Shown in pieces: positions 1-11,200 of a stretch of DNA of 64,000 nt (the stretch's first letter is position 1; every line of letters begins with the position of its first letter). The position numbers and the translations under genes are program-made. The stretch lies in assembly GCA_951406725.2 (NCBI GenBank), contig OX597834.1, forward strand, positions 18,476,001 through 18,540,000, in the 5' to 3' direction. The stretch comes from Octopus vulgaris (taxonomy: Eukaryota). Below the pieces are notes generated by a model. That model searched no databases. It had not been told where the DNA came from and saw only the letters and a program-made list of their open reading frames with translations.

Positions 1-87
1 TTGTTTGTCTCCTCTGTGTTCAGCCCCTTGTGGGTAGTAAAGAAATATATATATATGTGTGTGTATGTGTGTGCATATGTGTACAAC

Positions 88-89
<2 letters not shown>

Positions 90-138
<49 letters not shown>

Positions 139-255
139 GAGTATACAGCCCCACACACACACACATGTGAGTATACAGCCACACACACACATGTGAGTAT
201 ATACACACACACACACACACACACATATATGAGTATATAGCCACACACACACACA
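90..255. repeat. (AC)n microsatellite interrupted by a repeated TGTGAGTATACAGCC unit
   Basis: Read directly from the sequence. Confidence 0.95.
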
Positions 256-1139
256 TTTGGTTGTACTGTTGTTTTAATCCTTTCTCTGGGTAGATGTTGT
301 TGCTCATTGTCGCTGCAGCTTTTGTTATGTTGTACTCAACGACCTCAACTTCTGCACTATAGTTTTAAATTCAGGTAGTTTATCTCAGTTGCCGTTTCTA
401 TGTTGTTATCTAAACACAGACACGTGCAAACACGCGAGCACACTGACACAACTGCACGCACACACACACACACAAGCATATACACATACGCACACGTGCG
501 CGCGTGTGTAATATCCCTATATCGATCGCATCATTGTGAGTACTTGAAGGGCTACAATCGTCGAGTCTCCTCTTCGGTTGAAATAAAATCTTGGGGTAGG
601 AAAATAATAATTGCCAGGGAAAACCCTTTCATATTCTATATTTCAGAAGGTCGGTACCACTTCTAGGAAATGCCCATATTCTGCTTGAAAATACTATGTA
701 GTTTTGAAGGATTTAGTCGAACAAATCAACCCCAAGCTATACCAGTCACCGGACTGGATACCATACCAAAGACTCCGGTGTCTCTGTCCAGATCAAGAAC
801 CCAATACTGTAACAGCTTAGGGTTCAAAGGACTACAAATTTTCGATACAGTACTAAAAGGTCTCAGAGATACTACGCAATAAACATAATTTGAAACAAAC
901 ATTTTGAAACGATTTTCACTTTGTAATATCATTCTGCTATTAAAGAGGAAAACCAACATTGAACTTGAATAAATCTAGAAAGAAAAAATTAAGGGGAATC
1001 AGGGAGCCGCTTCGAGCCAACGGAGGAACTTTAACACTCTCACACGTCCTGTTGAAAATAGCTAAATCTGACCCAAATCACATCACACCATGGAAATATG
1101 AATAGATAAATGAATAAGTAAGCAACAGTTGTTTCAGGT

Positions 1140-1345
1140 TCTGGCACCAAACCGCAGTTTTAGTGGTAAGGAGACAGCTGTTTACTTCGTCTCCAGTACT
1201 GGATAGGTACTTTGTTTTATCGGGCCCGAAAGGATGAAAGCAAAATCGACCCCGGCGTTATTTGAACTCAAAATGTAAAGTGCTAGAAGAATTGCTCCTA
1301 AACATTTTGTTCGATGCACACTGACGGTTCTGCTCGCTAACCGCC

Positions 1346-1444
<99 letters not shown>

Positions 1445-1484
1445 CGATGACGATGACGATAACAAAAACAAAAACAACAACAAC

Positions 1485-1541
<57 letters not shown>

Positions 1542-1900
1542 CCTTTCTATTAAAGGCACAAGGCCTGAAATTTTGGGAGAGGGGACTAGTCGATTACATC
1601 GACCCCAGTGTTTCACTGATACTTAATTTATCGACCTCGAAAAGATGAAAGGCAAAGTCGATCTCGGCAGAATTTGAACTCAGAACATAAAGACAGACAA
1701 AATGCTGCTAAGCATTTTGCCCAGCATACTAACGATTCTGCCAGCTCACCGTCTCAAATTTTGACACAAGGCCAGTCATTTCGGGAGTTGAGGGGTAAGT
1801 AGATTACATCGATCCCAGTGCTTGACAATTATTTATTTTATCGACCCCGAAAGGATGAAAAGCCAAATCGACTCTGCAGAATTTGAGCCCAGAACATAAA
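1140..1900 (-). mobile_element. Three head-to-tail tRNA-derived Nin-domain SINE copies separated by a compound (AAT/GAT/GAC/AAC)n tract at 1347-1540
   Basis: On the minus strand: A-box-like GAGCTGGCAGAA, B-box GAGTTCAAATTC and core GCCTTTCATCCTTTCGGGGTCGATAAA..AAGTACC; boundaries approximate. Confidence 0.8.
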
Positions 1901-2587
1901 CCAAAGTCAATAAATGGAACCTAAGAAAGTTTATTCAGATTACAGCCCTTTATATAATAGTTCGAATCGCACCGAAATCACTTTTGCCTTTCAGCCTCCA
2001 CTGTGCGATAAAATGAAGTACCAGTCAAAAACGTTAGATAAAATGCATTCCTAAAATAAGATCTGAATGAAATTATAAGAGACGACCAAGATATATGTTA
2101 AATAAAAACATTGGTAGCCGAGTCGTCTTTTGGAGACGTTACAGCACCACACAAAATACCAGCAGTATTTAGTCACTGTTCTTTATGTACTGAGTCCAAA
2201 TCTCACCGAAATCAAATTCGTTTTTAATCTTTCTAGAGTCGATGAAATGACAGTGAAATTAGTAAAGTAGGCTTAATTATTTTTTATCTTCAATTAGGTC
2301 TAGAATGGAATAAAAGAGAAGTAAGGGAAACAACTCTGCACTCAAACATACAACCCAGCGAAATTTAGTGATTTAACAGCGAAGGCAAGCCAGTTTAAAC
2401 TTCGATGTCACTGTCATCCTTTTCCTTATAAAAGTTTAATAAACTTGTTTTCTACTAAAAGTGTTGAGTAATACGTACATTTAGTGTCAGATTGTTTCAT
2501 GCATAACTTGACGCAAAAACAAACAATAATGTGTGTGCTTGTGCATGTGCGTCTGTGTGTATCTTTTACATGTTTCAATCTGCCGCC

Positions 2588-2985
2588 ATGCAGTTTTGAA
2601 GGATTTAGTCGAACAAATCAACCCCAAGCTATACCAGTCACTGGACTGGATACCATACCAAAGACTCCGGTGTCTCTGTCCAGATCAAGAACCCAATACT
2701 GTAACAGCTTAGGGTTCAAATGGACTACAAATTTTCGATACAGTACTAATAGGTCTCAGAGATCCACGAGGAGTAGATGTAGTAGATGTGGATGTATTCA
2801 AACAATTGGACGAATTGTTGTCTAATATCGCAGATGAACGTACATCACAGCAAGAAACGCAAAGAAGGGCATCTCTATCCAACTTATTGCTTCACCAGGA
2901 CCGATTCTGGAGACAGATCTGGGAAGTGGGTCTAAAATAAACAAGCAGTGCCCCAGCATGGCCACATCCTCTGGCTCAAACTGTT
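2588..2985 (+). mobile_element. CR1-like LINE 3' end fragment (partly duplicated at 696-877)
   Basis: Degenerate reading RTQYCNSLGFK...DVDVFKQLDELLSNIADE, typical of CR1/L2-group RT C-termini, followed by a GTGCCCCAGCATGGCC tail. Confidence 0.6.
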
Positions 2986-3139
2986 AATTAAATATTAGAA
3001 TTTACATATGTAAATTCATGTTTATATATTTATATATATATCCACAATATACATAAACATATATATGCTTACACACACTTTTACATATATACACATGCAT
3101 ACATACATACATACATACATACATACATACATACATACA

Positions 3140-3200
<61 letters not shown>

Positions 3201-3606
3201 CAAATTAAATACACAACCGAAAGAGCCACTAATAGTTTCATGTTATTATGATACTTGAACAGGCATATTTATAAAATACACCATGTATCTTAAATCAGTG
3301 TGTGTGTGTGTGTGTGTAATTAAGTAAGTAAGGCTTTACAGTTTACGTCAACCAAATTCCCATTAACAAGGTATTGGTCAATCCGAGGCTATAGCAAAAG
3401 AGACCTTAAATTGTCGCGTAGTGGGATTGAAGCAGCACTATATTTCTTCGAAGCGTACTCCTTTGTCACAGCCAAGTCAGTTTGAATGTTAAGAAAAAAA
3501 AAATGGAAAGAAATAATTGGATTTTTTAATAATATAGTATAAATAATTGCATCCGGCTAATAATTTTATAACCATTAAGAATAGACATCTACTATTTTCA
3601 TTTTGC

Positions 3607-3990
3607 AGAGTGGCTGTGTGGTAAGTAGCTTGCTTACCAGCCACATAGTTCCGGGTTCATTCCCACTGCGTGGCACCTTGGGCAAGTGTCTTCTACTATA
3701 TCCTCGGGCCGACCAAAGCCTTGTGAGTGGATTTGGCAGACAGAAACTGGAAGAAGCCCGTCGTATATATGTATGTGTGTATATGTTTGTGTGTCTGTGT
3801 TTGTCCCCCCCACCATTGCTTGACAACCGATGGTGGTGTGTTTACGCCCCCGTAACTTAGTGGTTCAGCAAAAGAGACTGATAGAATAAATACTAGGCTT
3901 ACAAAAGAATAAGTCCTGGGGTCGATTTACTCGACTAGAAGGCGGTGCTCCAGCATGGCCGCAGCAAAATGTCTGAAACGAGTAAAAGAG
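3607..3990 (+). mobile_element. tRNA-derived CORE-type SINE (Octopus OR2-like)
   Basis: TGGCTGTGTGG A-box, GGTTCATTCCC B-box, CORE-like GGCACCTTGGGCAAGTGTCTT, tail GGCGGTGCTCCAGCATGGCC..GAGTAAAAGAG. Confidence 0.8.
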
Positions 3991-4007
3991 AGTAAAAAGA
4001 GTAAGAG

Positions 4008-4200
4008 TAAGGTGGTGAGCTGGCAGAATCGTTAGCACGCCGGACAGAATGCTTAGCAGCATTTCGTCCATCTTTGCATTCTTAATTTAAATTCCCCCGA
4101 GGTCCACTTTGCTTTTCGTCCATCCGGGGTAGGTGAGATAAGTACCAGTCGAGCACTGGGGTCAATGTAATCGATTTACCCACACCTCGAAATTGGTAGC
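4008..4200 (+). mobile_element. Nin-domain SINE
   Basis: GGTGAGCTGGCAGAATCGTTAGC head and diverged core. Confidence 0.75.
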
Positions 4201-4209
4201 CATTTTTTC

Positions 4210-4541
4210 TTTCTCTTTTACTTGTTTCAGTCATTTGACTGCGGCCATGCTGGAGCACCACCTTTAATCGAGCAACTCGACCCCGGGACTTATTCTTTGT
4301 GAAACCCAGTACTTATTCTATCGGTCTCTTTTGCTGAACCGCTAGGTGACGGGGACATAAACACACCAGCATCGGTTGTCAAGCAATGCTAGGGGAACAA
4401 ACACAGACACACAAACATACACGCACACACACACATATATATATATATATACTACAAAATTAGAGAATGGAGAAACATACTTAAATCAATAAAACATCAA
4501 CTATCCGATGATACCCATTGTTGGGTACCTATCTGGCAGTA

Positions 4542-4603
<62 letters not shown>

Positions 4604-4766
4604 GACGGGCTTCTTTCAGTTGCCATCTACCAAATCCACTCACAAGGCTTTGGTCGACCCGAGGCTATTGTAGAAGACACTTGCCCAAGGTTCCACACAG
4701 TGGGACTGAACCCGGAACCATGTGGTTGGTAAGCAAGCTACTTACCACACAGCCACTCCTGCGCCT
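4210..4766 (-). mobile_element. CORE-type SINE with a ~90-bp insertion inside its (TA)n tract
   Basis: Reverse complement of the 3607-3990 family. Confidence 0.8.
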
Positions 4767-5442
4767 ATGTACCAAAATTTGAAACCAATTATTATATTGT
4801 CAGCAATCTTTTGAGGTCGTGGATGATTTTACACTAGAGTCAACAACTTTTGACCAACACGCACGCATGCCAAGGCGAAGTCTTTTAAGTCCGACCTCAG
4901 GCCGAGCGTTTGTTATTTCACGCGAGATGAGATGCTGCGTTGGTTACTTTATGTTACTTACTATGCTTACATTTATCCTTAAGATATTCCTTTTATGCTG
5001 TTGGCTCTATTGTTGACGATCCGTCTCCACCTGTGTTAGATATTTGTCAATGATTTTCCCTCATACACATTAATACCGCACTTAACTCAAATTTCCTTTA
5101 AGTACGTCTTTAAACCTTTTCCTTTGTGTATCCTCATATGCGTTTTCCTTTATTCAGTCTTTGCAGACGACGGTCTGGCATTCTTACGATACAGTCAGTC
5201 GTCGAAACTGATATCGTGTAATCGTTGTTTTAATGCGGGGAAATATTGGCTCGTTCGGGCACGCGGACATTTTCTTTGCTCTGCCATTGGATGCTCTCAT
5301 GGTTTTGCTGAAATCTCATTTGTGGTATATGTCCAGCTTATGGATATGTTATCTACAACTTGTCCACAGCAACAACCTTATAATACAATAACATTTATTT
5401 GTTTGTATCAGATCATAGTATTCATATACCCATAATGATAAT

Positions 5443-6005
5443 AATATAAGTGCCCTGATGCAGTACCAGGCAGTGGCTCTCATGGCTTCTGATCTTAACT
5501 GATTGGAAGTGTTATCATGTACATTGTTTTGTCTTGGTATAAAAGATGGGCTACAGCAAATATTCTGCTCAATACCACAGATTTGCTTGTCAGTTGTTTG
5601 ACTTTAACCAGTTGAGCATGTCCCTTAATGGCTGACGATATGTGCATCTCTGATCACGAGCAGAAGCAGTTGGGGAGCATCATAGCCATGTGTTGAGAGG
5701 GATTCTGTGGGGTTTGAATAATTCACCTCTGGAAACATGGGTGGTTCTTTCAACATCCTTAAACAACCCTTATTCAGGGACCTTTTGAGCGGGATGGGCT
5801 ACTCAACTTGAAGAAAATTCTAACTGGGCCCCACCTGCAAGGTCATGTGCTGTTTATCTTGATATGAGATCACCATGTCGCGCACATATGGTTGTGATGC
5901 ATGTGCCTGGTGTACCCTTATCAGACGGGTAGTCATGATGGGTATATTGGGCTTCGTATATTTTACCCCAGTATCACTTTGATGGCATGAACTGCTTTCT
6001 CACTC
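5443..6005. mobile_element. ~560-bp interspersed repeat embedded in a (TAA)n microsatellite
   Basis: Sharp boundaries against TAA-rich tracts on both sides, no ORF; family not identified. Confidence 0.5.
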
Positions 6006-6058
<53 letters not shown>

Positions 6059-6569
6059 TAAAAATAATAATAACAATCCTTCCTTTTTGGGCACAAGGCC
6101 AGCAATCTTGAAGCAAGAGAATTCGATTACATCGACTCCAATGCTCAACTGGTACTTATTTTATCGACCCCGAAAAGATGAAAAGCAAAGTCGACCTCGT
6201 GGAATTTGAACTCAGAACGTAAAGGTGGACGAAATACCGCTAAGTATTTTGCCTAGCGCGGTAATGCTTCTGCCAGCTAAGCACCTTGATGATGATGATA
6301 ATAATGATGATGATGAGGAGGAGGAGGAGAAGGAGAAGGATGATATGTCAGGTTTCTGCATTTGGTCTTTTGTCCAATCCACAGTTCCAGTCCCACGGTG
6401 TTTGAAGCAGGAACTACATCGTAGCTAGAAATGCACGTGCGTCGGAAACTCAAGATTTCGTGGGATTTTCCTATTCAAACAGTTAAGATGATGGAACATA
6501 AGCCAGATAGTAACAGACAAGGAAAATCGAATTCGATTGATCCATCATATCCATTAATAATAATAATAA

Positions 6570-6915
6570 TTCCGGGACGGGACCCCCTTCGGTCACGAAA
6601 CTGACCATGGGATTGCACCTAGAAAGTTACCCTCCTAGTCACAAGTCTGGGCATGGTTGTTTATGGAAGACCAGCAGTCGCCCATGCATACCGGCCTCCC
6701 CTCTCCCCGCCACCAGTGTTATCCAAGGGAAAGGCAAAGGCCGCTACAGCTTGGCACTCGTGACGTCGCAACTAATTTCTACAGCTGAGTGAACTGGAAC
6801 AACGTGAAATAAAGTGTCTTGCTCAAGAACACAACACGCAGCCCGGTCCGGGATTCGAGCTCACAACCTCACGATCGTAAGCTCGACGCTCTAACCACTG
6901 AGCCATGCGCCTTCA
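6570..6915 (-). mobile_element. tRNA-derived SINE, distinct subfamily
   Basis: Minus strand GGCTCAGTGGTTAGAGCG (A-box)...GCTCGAATCCC (B-box)...TGTTCTTGAGCAAGACACTT. Confidence 0.75.
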
Positions 6916-6939
6916 ATAATAATAATAATAATGATAATA

Positions 6940-7270
6940 ATAAAGTACTACATTGGAAATGGCAAAGAAAGTGGCAAGACGTAGTATGAGCACAAACCGT
7001 AGAGAATGGCGGGCTCAAAAACCTTCAAAATCCTGTGGGATTTCTCAATCCAAACAGATCATGTGCTTGAGCATAACAAACCAGACCTAGTGGTGGTGGA
7101 CAAGGTGCACCACGTGTGCTGTATAGTTGAAGTTGCATGCCCCTCTGACCCACGAATAGTCAAGAAGGAGGGCGAAAAAAAATAGATATATACAATTTTC
7201 TTGAGTACGAAATAGCCCGGCTATGGAAAATGCAGAAAGTGCAGATAGTGCCAATTATTGTTAGGTCCTT
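6940..7270 (+). mobile_element. R4/Dong-like non-LTR retrotransposon fragment (restriction-like endonuclease domain)
   Basis: KILWDFSIQTDHVLEHNKPDLVVVDK...IVEVACP...KKEGEK...EIARLWKMQKVQIVPIIV, the RLE PD-(D/E) motif, with a frameshift; follows (TAA)n. Confidence 0.8.
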
Positions 7271-7273
7271 GCA

Positions 7274-7532
7274 TGTATGTGTGTATGTATGTATGTATGT
7301 ATGTATGTATGTATGTATGTATGTATGTATGTATGTGTGTGTGTATGTATGTAAGTGTGTGTATGTATGTATGTATGTATGTATGTATGTATGTATGTAT
7401 GTATGTATGTATGTATGTGTGTGTGTATGTATGTATGTATGTATGTATGTATGTAGTGTGTGTGTGTATGTATGTATGTATGTATGTATGTATGTGTGTA
7501 TTATGTATGTATGTATGTATGTATGTATGTGT
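7274..7532. repeat. (TATG)n microsatellite
   Basis: Read directly from the sequence. Confidence 0.95.
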
Positions 7533-8063
7533 GTTATACATTATCAGTTCAGACACTTCTCCCTCTACATCAGTGGTTCCCAAACATTTTCGCGATGCGG
7601 CCCTCTTGGCACGCAGGCCACGTTCCTAGCGCCCACCTCCCACTCATCACCACGTACATAGACCACTTTCTGAAGCAAATTCAAAATAAACGTATTTCAC
7701 AAATAAAACTTAACCTAATTAACCCATTATTTTGTTGTTTATACATCCATTGTCTCCTTTTGGTTTCCACCTAATCGCTCCAATTTTCTTCAATGCACCC
7801 GGCCCCACAAATGGATCTTTCCATCGCCCGCTTTCCAACATTTTACATCTTGTCACTGATAACTATCTCTAAGGGAGGTAATTGACAACAATACGAATTG
7901 ATTGCTTGACTTATTTCCCTTTATAACACGTAATCGTTTGGACACGAACATTGGTGTGTTTGGATTACGTTGTTATTCTTGTAAATTATCCTTTAAAAAC
8001 AGCCAAACAAAGCAACACCATTACTTTTGGATTAATAACAAAGAATAACAATATATTACAAAG

Positions 8064-8206
8064 ATGTCTGTTGAAGAATTACAGCGAAAAATTCATCAGC
8101 TTGAAGAAAAGTTGGCTGTTTATGAACAGCAAGATGTCACATCTGGTCTCAAACGAACGAAAATCGACGTAATGAGCTCCGAAGTCGTTGATTCCAACCC
8201 TTACAG
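8064..8206 (+). CDS. UBA5: UBA5 coding exon 1
   Basis: ATG at 8064; MSVEELQ...VVDSNPY; donor AG|gttag. Confidence 0.93.
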
Positions 8207-11200
8207 GTTAGCATTTATATTTATTCTTCGTAACTTATTCATTCAAGAAATATCTTTCTATTCATTCAAGAAATATCTATCTCACCTATTTGTATTAGCA
8301 ATTGCCTTTCCATAACGTGAGCTCTATGTGTTGGTCATCAAAACAACTGCGAACCGGTCTGAATTCATTCCTGTATCTAATTTGAAACTGTTCTGAGTTC
8401 ATCAGATCCCTCTGATATCGACTTAACATTTAATTTCATCCCTTTATGGTATGAATATCTATACCCTTTCCGTACAAAAATTGCCATTGTGCTGAGTTGA
8501 AACGACTCTAATGTCTACCATATGTCAAATTTGCTTTAATTAGTATGAAGCGGTATACCAATTATTGTTGCATACAAGTTTGTTACTAATACTAAACAAA
8601 CAGTGTTGGTACTTCGATACACACCACAGCTTATTATAAATCTAATTTATTTATTTGTTTTCTTTCTAAATTTTCCTTTTTATTTATGCAAGTAATGCAT
8701 AATGAATGTATGTGGGTGATGAGGGATGAGCCATTTTCAAAGGCGTGGGAGAACTATAATTAAGTATCGTACTTAATACATTGGCAAATTTAGAGATTTG
8801 GTAATTACCAACCTGTTTTCCAGAATCAAAGTATATCTTAGTTAAATTGTAAAATACGTCGTAAAAATGACAATGGACACACATTTAACGCTAAGTCTGA
8901 CTCGGTTGTAACACGTGTACTTCCTATGATGATGAGAGTTTAAATTAAAAAAAAAAAAAAAAGAACTTGAAATGAACTGAAATTTGGTATAGCGCTTTTT
9001 CTACGTATTCATTGCTCAATATTATTATTGCTAAAAGTTGACATCCGTCTTAATTAGAAACTGAACTCCTGTAGTTTAGAAGATATTCAGATGGCGATGA
9101 TGATCGTTAGGTCTGATATGTTCACATTAGCGGACGCTTTGATCAGTCCCCGATTCATAAATAAGGATGTATCTATGTTTCAAGAGTAATGAAGGAATGT
9201 TTAGACATTATTCATTGTTGATTTTACAAGCGTGGATTAGCACTTCACCATCGCCGCACTCCAGCTATCAGCTGGATTCTGCAGATGACCAAGTTTTGTA
9301 ACTTCTAGTGTTAGGAGATGAAAATCTGTTAATCCATCGTTCTGAATTAGCTTTATGTCCAGCTTGGGATTAGCATTTTCCTCAAAATCTATCGTTTCGT
9401 GTAAGACCAGAGAAAATTTTATTCTTATATCGTATATTTATGGAAAGATGTCAATGTAGTGGTGCTTACCCTTCTTTAAATAAACTATGGAAAGTTTTTG
9501 CTCAGTTTTAAAATCTTGTCATTTACGACATGGCTAAAGTAGACAAGTTTATTGCAAACTGTTTTTATCAGGACATTTTAGGGATAAGGTAGAAATTTGA
9601 GAAACTTAACCTACTATAACATAAATTCCTTCTCAGCTCTGAAGTGAGTTTTAGGACTGTTGTTTAACAGGTGTGTAATTTAGTTTCATTGGAACTTAAT
9701 GAATGAAAGAAAAATCCCACTTCTACTGATAGATCCCTAGTCTATAATGGATGATCCCAGTTATGGGTCTAGTAACTATACAGAATTGGAGATTCTTTTT
9801 CACCATCATATTAAGGTTGTGTTGTCAGACCTTTCATCTTGGTCAGAATAATAAACTCAGTATGCTGTATCACTGCAAACTTACACCAGAATATAGTTGA
9901 TATTTTCCTAGGGAGATTACATATCAAATGATAATGGTTATATATCAAATCTATTACATGCAGCTTATTTTAACACTACTATCTTCTGTAGAATTCATTT
10001 TATTGTAAGCATTTGGTTTATGTTTCCAATTTGAAGATAATTTCCTCCTTTCTTGGTGAAAAAATTTCACTTCCCTCATTTAACTAATGTGGGAGGAGGG
10101 TCTGCATTAGTAACTGACTCAGTTATAAAATAAAAACCTTACTCTAAAACAATTTGGGGATTACAAACTTTAGAGAAAACATAAAAATATAATAATAGAT
10201 AGATAATACTTTCAGTCTATCTGGATTTAATTCAACTTCAGTGCACTCAGAACCAGTCATCAGATTGTTTATATTTCTCAGTCAGTATTTAAAATAAATC
10301 ACTTGTATGAGAAAAATTACAGAATACTATAGAAGAGATGAATTAATAGTTCTAGATACTTGGGTAAAAGATTGGTAGAATTGTTAGAACATCAGACGAA
10401 TTCCTTGTGGTATTTAGATCCTGCCAAAGTTAGCTTTGCCTTTCATCTATCCAACAGCTCAATAAAATAAAATATTAGCCAAGTACTGGGGACATTTTAA
10501 TAAATTATATCCTTGAGCCTATGTTAGAAGTTATAGCTCTATAAAAGGGTATACCTCTAGTCTTGTTCTGAAACAATTTGGGTATTATAATCCCCAAAAG
10601 AGAACAAGCAATTCTGACAACTGAAGAAAAGCTAAAAGCATATAATTATAAAGAATTAGTGTTGTTTCTTTTGTATAACATTCTGCTATTCTAGATCTCT
10701 TCTTAATAAAATAATTCTATTTCCCCTCAACAGTCGATTAATGGCATTGAAACGTATGGGAATTGTTGACAATTATGAGGTGAGTGTAATTTTTAGTTTC
10801 ATATAAAAGTAAAGTTTGTTGAAGGCAAAAAAGATGTTATAAATAAAAATATCAAGCATCTGTATAGAGGTTTTGTTGATTGTAATTAATGTAACGTTTG
10901 CTAAAGCCCAAGCTGCTCTGTCTATAATTATTACAGATTATTCATATTTTAAGCAATGACTTTCAATATTTCTTTTCCTCACTATGACCAGCTGCAGCAA
11001 GTCCTCTTTTGGTTATCTCTCTATATATAAACGGCAGTTTGTCTGTCTGTGTGGCTGTCAGGTTGTACCCTCACCCTGACCACGGCTTTCAACCGATTCT
11101 GATAAAACTTGACACACACATAGCCCAATGTCATAATTCAAAACTAACGCAGCGAAAATTTTGAAAAGTTCCCCCAGTTCTGAAAAGAATCGATAAATTC

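Noticed and set aside
1182-1626. Poly-Ile/poly-Met ORFs, and the similar HT/YVCM ORFs at 1-307 and 7221-7774
   Set aside because: Translations of microsatellites.
4800-5440. CpG-rich stretch with 65- and 103-aa ORFs
   Set aside because: No homology or exon structure; it may be regulatory but I cannot support a specific call.
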